Of a stretch of DNA of 64,000 nucleotides, positions 39,744 through 46,327 are shown in pieces. The stretch's first letter is position 1. Every line of letters starts with the position of its first letter. Position numbers and translations under genes: made by a program. This DNA comes from a virus. The stretch lies in the IMG/VR virus record IMGVR_UViG_3300035670_010555, positions 96,001 through 160,000 of that record, one strand, 5' to 3'. The notes beneath the pieces are model-generated. The model saw only the letters and a program-made list of their open reading frames with translations, did not search any database and had not been told where the DNA came from.

Positions 39744-39908
39744 TTAAAATATAATACTTAATAAATGACCTATAAAAATACCTGTTGCTAAGGCTGATAA
39801 CGATAGACTTACAAGTGTTTTTTTAGATAAATCTTTAATAAATGATGGTAGTATCCAGCTTGATATTAATACTAACCATCCCACAATTACAGCAATTTCT
39901 ATTTCCAT
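39744..39908 (-). CDS. 54-aa two-TM membrane protein
   Basis: Read manually: MEIEIAVIVGWLVLISSWILP...LSALATGIFIGHLLSIIF*. Confidence 0.55.
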   Translation of the reverse strand: MEIEIAVIVGWLVLISSWILPSFIKDLSKKTLVSLSLSALATGIFIGHLLSIIF

Positions 39909-39925
39909 AACTTTTATTTTTAGTT

Positions 39926-40005
39926 GTAGTCAGGACAGGATTCGAACCTGTGATAGACGCTCCTTAGAGTCCGCTATCATGGCAACCAATTCCGCCACCT
40001 GACTA
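39926..40005 (-). ncRNA. tRNA-like scaffold (E2, shortest of E1-E8)
   Basis: Identical 26-nt T-arm/acceptor block; interior is a single tgatag...ctatca hairpin. Confidence 0.7.
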
Positions 40006-40108
40006 TGTTGAGAATGAGAAGTCCTCTGTGTTGTAGTGCACGATTATGTTTTCCATAATTCAAGTAATGTCACTCATCTTTATGTCTCCTTTCTCAAGGG
40101 TACAACAC
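40006..40108 (-). ncRNA. Pseudoknot-like repeat element B1
   Basis: Conserved ends shared with 40235-40316; GTGTTGT/ACAACAC and TGAGAA/TTCTCA crossing pairings. Confidence 0.55.
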
Positions 40109-40112
40109 ATTT

Positions 40113-40234
40113 GTAGTCAGGACAGGATTCGAACCTGTACGAAGAGTATGTGTGTCTCTTCTCCTATGGGTTTACCTCAAGGGTTTCCACCTGCCATCGC
40201 ACGTTGTAGCGTCTACCATTCCGCCACCTGACTA
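40113..40234 (-). ncRNA. tRNA-Leu-like scaffold with unique insert (E3)
   Basis: Conserved ends; unrelated interior. Confidence 0.75.
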
Positions 40235-40316
40235 TGTTGAGGATGAGAAGTCCTCTGTGTTGTAGAGTTTGTTTACTCTCTTATATGATAGCATTTCTTT
40301 CTCAAGGAAACAACAC
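40235..40316 (-). ncRNA. Pseudoknot-like repeat element B2
   Basis: Second copy of the B scaffold with a different interior. Confidence 0.55.
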
Positions 40317-40447
40317 GTTGTAATGGAGTGGGTCTATTCCCCACAGTCAACAGAACTTAAAACTTACCTACGAGAGAGAGGTATTCTGTATGATCGTTCC
40401 CATTGCCTAAACAGTGTCTAGTATGCCTTCGGTTGTCTCTCGTGTCA

Positions 40448-40588
40448 GTAGTCAGGACAGGATTCGAACCTGTATGCACTATTAAGGTAATGCTTTTGTA
40501 TGTTTTTCAGTGTCCACTACAAGTTTCCTTAATTTTGTAGTAACTACTTTCATCCTCACATAACGTCTACCATTCCGCCACCTGACTA
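40448..40588 (-). ncRNA. tRNA-Leu-like scaffold with unique insert (E4)
   Basis: Conserved ends; interior has an actacaa/ttgtagt stem. Confidence 0.75.
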
Positions 40589-40619
40589 AATTACTTGTTT
40601 TCGATTATCAAGTTGATAG

Positions 40620-40943
40620 TTACAATTCGTAACGAGCCAATGCTGCGTCTGTGATTTCCTTTGCTTTTTTACAAATCAACACATCTTCTGAATAAATATG
40701 ATAAATTGAATCAGCTCCCAATTCGCTGAGTAATTGTGTTAACGCAACTGCGTATAATTCAATATCGTCAGCCGTGTGAGACGAAGCAACTTCGCTTCTT
40801 GACATATTTCCGAAAACTTTAGAATGAGATCGTAAGTAATCGTGATGATATGTATATGGAACTCGGCTTTTGCTATGTGGCAATTTATCAATTACTTCTA
40901 GAAACCGTTGAGGCAATGTACTATCTTCTTCTTTTCTGAACAT
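40620..40943 (-). CDS. Hypothetical protein
   Basis: 107-aa ORF preceded by an isolated 5' half of the scaffold (40968-40984). Confidence 0.6.
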   Translation of the reverse strand: MFRKEEDSTLPQRFLEVIDKLPHSKSRVPYTYHHDYLRSHSKVFGNMSRSEVASSHTADDIELYAVALTQLLSELGADSIYHIYSEDVLICKKAKEITDAALARYEL

Positions 40944-40987
40944 ATTTTCCCCTATTTAGATATTACTATTTCACCACCTGACTATTT

Positions 40988-41197
40988 TTATTTTTCCAAA
41001 ACGTACTTCATCATCTCTTGCATCTTGATAATCAAAAGTTCCATTTCATCCTTATTAAGATACAACCTACCGTTTAATGTTTTATCATCCAACTCTTTGA
41101 CTTCAACGATGATACCACCGAAACACTCAGTTGGATAAATTTCAACATTCTGTTCTTCGGTCGCAATAACTGTTTTGTTCCAAACTTTGTTTTTCAT
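40988..41197 (-). CDS. Small hypothetical protein
   Basis: 69-aa ORF co-oriented with the RNA operon. Confidence 0.55.
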   Translation of the reverse strand: MKNKVWNKTVIATEEQNVEIYPTECFGGIIVEVKELDDKTLNGRLYLNKDEMELLIIKMQEMMKYVLEK

Positions 41198-41200
41198 AAC

Positions 41201-41470
41201 TTATTTATTTTTGAATTGTTCAAACCATTGTTCTAATGTTATCTTCTTTCCTGCTAACAAATCTTCTGTATGCTTATAAAGTATATTTAATACTTCTTCC
41301 TCGCTATACATTTTTTCTTGTTGTAATCTAGCAATGTGAATAAACATTGATTTTATCCAAGTTTTTTCGTGAGGCTGTATTGTTTTTGCTTCTAATAACT
41401 CTAAGCTATAATTTTCAGCTGCTTCCTCAAGCTTGAATGCTTGTTCGTAAGGAATAAATTCGGTTTTCAT
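41201..41470 (-). CDS. Small hypothetical protein
   Basis: LEEAAE...MYSEEEV...WFEQFK pattern, common in Bacteroidota phages. Confidence 0.55.
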   Translation of the reverse strand: MKTEFIPYEQAFKLEEAAENYSLELLEAKTIQPHEKTWIKSMFIHIARLQQEKMYSEEEVLNILYKHTEDLLAGKKITLEQWFEQFKNK

Positions 41471-41574
41471 TTCTCTTTACAGTTTAAGTTTCTCTCTTAT
41501 TACTCCACTAATGTCCGAAAAAGATTTTACATCCACAAGGGATTTGTAAAATATTTTATTTTTTTTTTTGGTAG

Positions 41575-41648
41575 TGACCCCGCCGAGATTCGAACTCGGG
41601 ACTCCTTCATTAAAAGTGAAGTGCTCTAGCCAACTGAGCTACGAAGTC
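41575..41648 (-). tRNA. tRNA-Lys(TTT)
   Basis: cttca-CTTTTAA-tgaag. Confidence 0.9.
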
Positions 41649-41652
41649 ATTT

Positions 41653-41802
41653 GTAGTCAGGACAGGATTCGAACCTGTATGTAGATTTTGTATGTACTTT
41701 TGGCTTTGAAATCATCTACTAATTTCTGTACCCTAGAATACATCGGCTGCACAGCACCATATACATACTCTCACAGCGTCTACCAATTTCGCCACCTGAC
41801 TA
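41653..41802 (-). ncRNA. tRNA-Leu-like scaffold with unique insert (E5)
   Basis: Conserved ends; unrelated interior. Confidence 0.75.
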
Positions 41803-41916
41803 TTTTTGAAAAGATATGTGGTGTCGCTCCACTGCCTCTACAACCTAAGAATTTCGCTCAGAATAATTCCGTACTAATTCAAATTGCTAACAACACTTTT
41901 TTGAGTGTATATCCTT

Positions 41917-42024
41917 GTAGTCAGGACAGGATTCGAACCTGTATTGATTTACTTATTGATTGGGTGTCAACTTAATGTCTTCCAATCAATCATCAATCTA
42001 CCATTAGCTTTCGCCACCTGACTA
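41917..42024 (-). ncRNA. tRNA-like scaffold with unique insert (E6)
   Basis: Conserved ends; interior long hairpin attgattgg/ccaatcaat. Confidence 0.7.
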
Positions 42025-42106
42025 TATTAGGTTAGAGGCTGTTAACCATAAGGTCGTACGAAACATCACTTGTACTTCGTGTCAGGGAATCTCCCATACC
42101 TCTAAA

Positions 42107-42223
42107 GTAGTCAGGACAGGATTCGAACCTGTAATATGAAGTTATTCCCGATTACCCTCGTTATTACCTTCATCCCTATTGAGTGGAGGGATTATATTTG
42201 ACACCAATTTCGCCAACTGACTA
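42107..42223 (-). ncRNA. tRNA-like scaffold with unique insert (E7)
   Basis: Identical 26-nt 3' block; one acceptor mismatch; two interior hairpins. Confidence 0.7.
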
Positions 42224-42340
42224 ATGTTTTTAGTTACTTTATCAACACTTCTCCAAGAACCACCTCGGCCAGTTTATATCAATTTCACTTAGGTTACGTC
42301 ATGATTCTGCTGGTTAAGCGTCCTCAATCTAAACCTGTTT

Positions 42341-42448
42341 GTAGCCAGGACAGGTACTGCCCCTGTTGCTTGGTCTTTTGTTCACAGAGTGTCACTTATG
42401 ATACTCTGTCAAACGTCACCCACGAGTTACTTTTACTCTACCTGACTA
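42341..42448 (-). ncRNA. Divergent tRNA-like scaffold (E8)
   Basis: AGTCAGG/CCTGGCT acceptor and T-stem ACAGG/CCTGT retained, with loop GGCAGTA; interior acagagt/actctgt hairpin. Confidence 0.6.
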
Positions 42449-42451
42449 TAC

Positions 42452-42634
42452 TGTAATACCGTTTCTCTGGTTTTTACTTATGGTTTGTTCCCCATAACCT
42501 GTTGACGTGCACATCAGAGCAAGGACCTGTACAGTGTCTATCGAGCCGTTCCTCACCTTCCAATTATGGTTGCGACCCATTCGGAAGTCGATAGTCCTTT
42601 CAGTGAAGCATTATCACCTTCTGTAGATATTACA
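42452..42634 (-). ncRNA. Unidentified multi-stem structured RNA (about 183 nt)
   Basis: Nested pairings tgtaata/tattaca, aaggac/gtcctt, ctatcga/tcgatag, cttcc/ggaag, ctctg/cagag and ttatgg/ccataa. Confidence 0.55.
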
Positions 42635-42711
42635 TGGTACTCCGTACGGGGCTCGAACCCGTAAGCTCTCCCGTGAAAGGGGAGTGTCCTAACCAATTAG
42701 ACGAACGGAGC
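42635..42711 (-). tRNA. tRNA-Glu(TTC)
   Basis: ctccc-CTTTCAC-gggag; encoded CCA. Confidence 0.92.
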
Positions 42712-42716
42712 ATGTG

Positions 42717-42788
42717 AGCAGGTATCCGGATTCGAACCGAAATCTCCGGTTTGGAAGACCAGATCACTAACCGTTGTGCTATACCTGC
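42717..42788 (-). tRNA. tRNA-Gly(TCC), second copy
   Basis: ctggt-CTTCCAA-accgg; U73. Confidence 0.88.
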
Positions 42789-42804
42789 GGTTTAATCAAC
42801 TATT

Positions 42805-42879
42805 TGGAGGGGAGGGAGAATTACGATATCTCGACCTATTCATTAACAGTGAATTGCTCTACCTCTGAGCTACCTCCCC
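42805..42879 (-). tRNA. tRNA-Asn(GTT) with atypical T-loop
   Basis: attca-CTGTTAA-tgaat; T-loop ATCGTAA; U73; encoded CCA. Confidence 0.75.
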
Positions 42880-42905
42880 TTCTGTCTTACAAAGATACTA
42901 CAATA

Positions 42906-42916
42906 TTTCAAAGAAC
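42906..42916 (-). promoter_or_regulatory. boxA-like antitermination element
   Basis: GTTCTTTGAAA directly after the attenuator terminator; identical copy at 43704-43714 after tRNA-Leu. Confidence 0.55.
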
Positions 42917-42929
42917 AAAAACATGTCAT

Positions 42930-42964
42930 AAAAAAACCCCAAACTTTTTTTAAGAGTTCGGGGT
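42930..42964 (-). terminator. Intrinsic terminator of the putative attenuator
   Basis: ACCCCGAACT/AGTTTGGGGT stem followed by a U tract. Confidence 0.8.
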
Positions 42965-43002
42965 CTAAAAATTTAATTTAACTTAAATTAAAAAATTACT
43001 TT

Positions 43003-43092
43003 CTATGACATCCGAACTACAGGGCAAATACCTTCATACCAACATTTCTCTTGTTGACTATTACTGTTAATATGTTGACCTGTAGTTCTCAT
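43003..43092 (-). CDS. Putative attenuator leader peptide MRTTGQHINSNSQQEKCWYEGICPVVRMS
   Basis: Read manually. It lies between a promoter-like TTTG-N19-TACATTAG and the terminator, and its 3' end (AGTTCGG) complements the terminator's 5' arm (CCGAACT). Confidence 0.7.
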   Translation of the reverse strand: MRTTGQHINSNSQQEKCWYEGICPVVRMS

Positions 43093-43109
43093 TGTATTAA
43101 TAATTACTT

Positions 43110-43140
43110 CTAATGTATGAAATATTTTTATTTTGTCAAA
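43110..43140 (-). promoter_or_regulatory. Bacteroidota-type promoter for the leader
   Basis: TTTG(ACA)-N19-TACATTAG, ending 17 nt before the leader ATG. Confidence 0.55.
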
Positions 43141-43150
43141 TGTTTTTTTG

Positions 43151-43224
43151 TATCCCCGACACGATTCGAACGTGTGACCCCAAACTTAGAAGGTTTGCGC
43201 TCTATCCAGCTGAGCTACGGAGAC
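43151..43224 (-). tRNA. tRNA-Arg(TCT)
   Basis: caaac-CTTCTAA-gtttg. Confidence 0.92.
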
Positions 43225-43232
43225 AAATTAAA

Positions 43233-43397
43233 TTACTTCAATAAATCAATCTTTTTAGCAACTTCTTCGGCTTCTGCCATAATCCTGTCTGCATCTGTTC
43301 TGCTGAAATGAGAAACTTTATATGCGTTCTCCATCAACGTCTTATAAGTTTCCTGTAGTTTTTCTTTTTCTGTTTTCTTCTTAAATAATCCGAACAT
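43233..43397 (-). CDS. Lacal_2735-family-like small protein
   Basis: Read manually: MFGLFKKKTEKEKLQETYKTLMENAYKVSHFSRTDADRIMAEAEEVAKKIDLLK, resembling this Flavobacteriia family. Confidence 0.65.
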   Translation of the reverse strand: MFGLFKKKTEKEKLQETYKTLMENAYKVSHFSRTDADRIMAEAEEVAKKIDLLK

Positions 43398-43435
43398 AAT
43401 ATGTGAATAACACTATCGTCTTTGAAAGTTTTTAT

Positions 43436-43687
43436 TTAATCTTTATGCCTTGCGGCGTTCAATCTACTTTCAAGTTTATCAAGTCGTGAATCAATTGTTC
43501 GATAAACATCATCAACAATTCTATCACGATCTCTCATTTGATTTTCAATTTCTCTTGCGAGAAACTGTTCTATTTGTTTAATTTCTTCCTTCTGTTTATT
43601 CACTCTAACAAAAGCAATAACCGCAACCACTGCCACAGCAATGACCACAACTATAGACATTCCTAAAATAAATGATACTAAATCCAT
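43436..43687 (-). CDS. Membrane-anchored coiled-coil protein
   Basis: N-terminal TM segment followed by IDSRLDKLE coiled coil. Confidence 0.6.
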   Translation of the reverse strand: MDLVSFILGMSIVVVIAVAVVAVIAFVRVNKQKEEIKQIEQFLAREIENQMRDRDRIVDDVYRTIDSRLDKLESRLNAARHKD

Positions 43688-43725
43688 ATAATCCTCTCCT
43701 TTATTTCAAAGAACGATAGTGTTTG

Positions 43726-43807
43726 TATCAGGAGAGGGAATCGAACCCTCACGGCCTAAGCCACAAGATTTTAAGTCTTGCGTGTCTACCTGTTTCACCA
43801 CCCCGAC
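43726..43807 (-). tRNA. tRNA-Leu(TAA)
   Basis: caaga-CTTAAAA-tcttg; variable arm; A73. Confidence 0.9.
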
Positions 43808-43833
43808 ATTGTTTAACAAATATAATAAAAGTT

Positions 43834-44484
43834 TTAGATAATTTGTACTCGATGATTCATTATTTCACAATATTTTTCATCGATTTCATAACTAATAGAA
43901 TTGAATCCCAACTCTTGAGCAACCTTACTTGTTGTTCCACTTCCACCGAACACATCAATAATTGTTTGATTTGGTTGTGCGGTTGTTAAAATAATTCTTC
44001 GAATTACTTCCTCAGGAATTTGACAAGGGTGTTCGGTTTTTTCCTTGCTAACATTTTTGACTTGGTTGATTTCCCACCAATCATAAAGTTTGGCGCCAGT
44101 CTTTCCTTCGGCAATTCTTTTTTGAATACGTTTGTCTTTGAGATTTTTATATTCCTGTCTGACTTTCCTGAAGTCAGGCTTACAACCCCACCATGATATC
44201 AATCGACTTTGTTTTCCTGTGTTGGAGTTATACACCCAACAAACAACCTGTTCACATTTGGCGTTGATTGCCTTTGGTAACAAGTTGATTGTTTCTTCGG
44301 GGTAATGAATAATGACACAAGGTGTTGGGATTTTGGATAATAATTCGATATAATCCTGTTCGCTTAGTTTGTCTTTATATTCGTTGTAAGAATATTCTTG
44401 ATTATAGGGTGGGTCGGTTATTGTTAATCCTGTTGGTATGTCGCAGTTTCTAAAATCTTCGTTGATAATTGTTGTTTCCACCAT
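43834..44484 (-). CDS. DNA N6-adenine/N4-cytosine methyltransferase (beta class)
   Basis: TDPPYN catalytic motif before HP and DVFGGSGTT SAM-binding motif. Confidence 0.88.
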   Translation of the reverse strand: MVETTIINEDFRNCDIPTGLTITDPPYNQEYSYNEYKDKLSEQDYIELLSKIPTPCVIIHYPEETINLLPKAINAKCEQVVCWVYNSNTGKQSRLISWWGCKPDFRKVRQEYKNLKDKRIQKRIAEGKTGAKLYDWWEINQVKNVSKEKTEHPCQIPEEVIRRIILTTAQPNQTIIDVFGGSGTTSKVAQELGFNSISYEIDEKYCEIMNHRVQII

Positions 44485-44501
44485 AAATTTAATAAATCAT
44501 T

Positions 44502-45200
44502 CTAAAATTCTTCTTCCCACAGTGTGTTGGATCTAGACTCTTCAATGTTGTATGCGTGTGATAATATAACATATTTTTTGTCAAAGTAAAATTGGAATTC
44601 TCCTTGAGATCCTTCATTTATTTCCCAACCTCCGAAGTTTTCTTCCAATTGTTGATAACACCATTCTTCTATTTCGGATGGTACAGGTTGACCACTCTCA
44701 AAATTCGATTCGATGTATCCACTATCTCCCCCTCCATTATACTTCAAGACCAAATAATCGTCTTCAGGAATTTCGGTCTCATCGAAAACTCCTTTTTCTT
44801 CCCACTCTTCAATCATATCATCGTATTCAACACCTTGTGAACCTCCCTCAGTTTGATAACTATACGTGTGAGTTAAAGAGATTTCTTTTTTAACACTATC
44901 AATCGTTATTTCGAATCCTTGATAATCGATGTAACCATCATTAGGTAACTCGCTATATAATTCATCATCATCAACATAACTGATAATTTTTTTCAATATT
45001 GGTACAAGGCCGTCTGGAATTTCTGCGGTATAATTATTCTCAAAATGAGTTGGAAAATAATTTTCCCTGTATGAAATTTCTTCGTCGTCCGGTTCCATTT
45101 CAAATTGAATGTCTCCGTATGTCATTCCCAATGAAGCAAGATATCTCGAAACTTTACCTAAATATTTTTTTTCTTCTGGTGTTAATATATTTTGTGCCAT
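44502..45200 (-). CDS. DUF6878-like acidic protein
   Basis: YNGGGDSG...GWEINEGSQG motif. Confidence 0.55.
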   Translation of the reverse strand: MAQNILTPEEKKYLGKVSRYLASLGMTYGDIQFEMEPDDEEISYRENYFPTHFENNYTAEIPDGLVPILKKIISYVDDDELYSELPNDGYIDYQGFEITIDSVKKEISLTHTYSYQTEGGSQGVEYDDMIEEWEEKGVFDETEIPEDDYLVLKYNGGGDSGYIESNFESGQPVPSEIEEWCYQQLEENFGGWEINEGSQGEFQFYFDKKYVILSHAYNIEESRSNTLWEEEF

Positions 45201-45211
45201 ACAAATAAATA

Positions 45212-45565
45212 TCAGTCTTCGAATTCTAATTTAATGGTCTTCAACATCCACTGAGGTCTTTGACTAGACGCAACATTATTAACCCATTCTTTAGCTGATG
45301 GAATGTAGTTATTACAATCTTCCTTGACATGTTGTTCACCGACATAACGGGTATAAACTGTTTTCCCATCTGAGTTTTTGAATTCGGTACCAAATCTTTT
45401 TTCCATTTCAAATATTCCCTCACTATGGTGTCTAAACATTCTATGTAAGGAATCACCAAACCATGACTTGGTTTCGTCTAACCATTCATGTAAATGAATG
45501 TAGTCCTCAGGTTTTCCACCAAACTTTTTGGCGGATGATTTTGCATGTAAGTTCGGATGTGCCAT
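45212..45565 (-). CDS. DUF6915-like His-rich protein
   Basis: HP..HA.SSAKKFGG..EDY..LH.W.D...HR..RHH...GEQHV.ED motif. Confidence 0.65.
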   Translation of the reverse strand: MAHPNLHAKSSAKKFGGKPEDYIHLHEWLDETKSWFGDSLHRMFRHHSEGIFEMEKRFGTEFKNSDGKTVYTRYVGEQHVKEDCNNYIPSAKEWVNNVASSQRPQWMLKTIKLEFED

Positions 45566-45776
45566 TATGATTTAATTTGTGAAAAAAGATTGTAACGTCT
45601 GTACGGTTTGTTTCCCATCTACTCCTTTATACGAGTTTCAAAGGTTACCATTTCATTCTTAGCGTCCGTTCCGTCATTCTTTCGAATCGTTACAATCTGT
45701 TTGTAAAAAAACACCCTATGTGTATAGTACCCTCACTTCCGGTTCCCAATCGAGTCCCTTCGTCATAGGGTGTTTG

Positions 45777-45861
45777 CAGAGGAGGAGGGATTCGAACCCC
45801 CGTTACCTTTCAGTAAAACGCTTTTCAAGAGCGCCGCGTTCAACCACTCTGCCACTCCTCT
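45777..45861 (-). tRNA. tRNA-Ser(TGA)
   Basis: gcgct-CTTGAAA-agcgt; variable arm; G73. Confidence 0.92.
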
Positions 45862-46037
45862 AATTAAACCTAACATAATCAAATCGTCATTTGAATAGAG
45901 GTTAGGGGTGTGATTTTAGCTTATGCCTTGGGCTATTCACTTATCACGATACGACCTCTGTGTTGTTCTTATGGTTAACATCGAGGTACAGACTTACCCT
46001 GGTACGCTGTTCTTATGGGTAGCGTGATAAGTACTGT

Positions 46038-46112
46038 TGGAGCTCCTATTCGGAATCGAACCAAATTATCATGATTACAAGTCATGCGCATCGCCAGCAA
46101 TGCTTTAGGAGC
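46038..46112 (-). tRNA. tRNA-Thr(TGT)
   Basis: catga-CTTGTAA-tcatg; encoded CCA. Confidence 0.88.
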
Positions 46113-46129
46113 TTATTATTAAATATCTG

Positions 46130-46203
46130 TGGGCCTGGTAGGAATCGAACCTACTACCTTCACATTATGAGTGTGCCGCTCTAACCGAGTGAGCTACAGG
46201 CCC
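46130..46203 (-). tRNA. tRNA with CAT anticodon (Ile2 more likely than elongator Met)
   Basis: gcaca-CTCATAA-tgtga; GGGCCTG acceptor; lacks initiator features. Confidence 0.8.
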
Positions 46204-46327
46204 GAAGTATCGTAAATATTAACTATGTTTTTCTTCAAATCAACATGACAAAGGTAATAAAATTTTTCATTCACAACAACTTTCGTTTCTAAAAAAAATA
46301 AATTACTTTTGTTGAAATATTTGATAA

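Noticed and set aside
39926-40005. Amber suppressor tRNA (CTA) or alternative genetic code
   Set aside because: The CTCTAAG segment is not in a 5-bp stem/7-nt loop anticodon arm, and core genes read intact in the standard code with TAG and TGA used as stops.
40006-40316. Calling the B repeats theta/HDV-like ribozymes
   Set aside because: The order of paired segments and the J4/2 region do not match the HDV fold by eye; kept only as an unknown pseudoknot candidate.
39100-42223. CRISPR array interpretation of the repeated 26-mer
   Set aside because: Spacing is irregular, the repeat is a tRNA T-arm plus acceptor strand paired with a conserved partner end, and no cas genes are visible.
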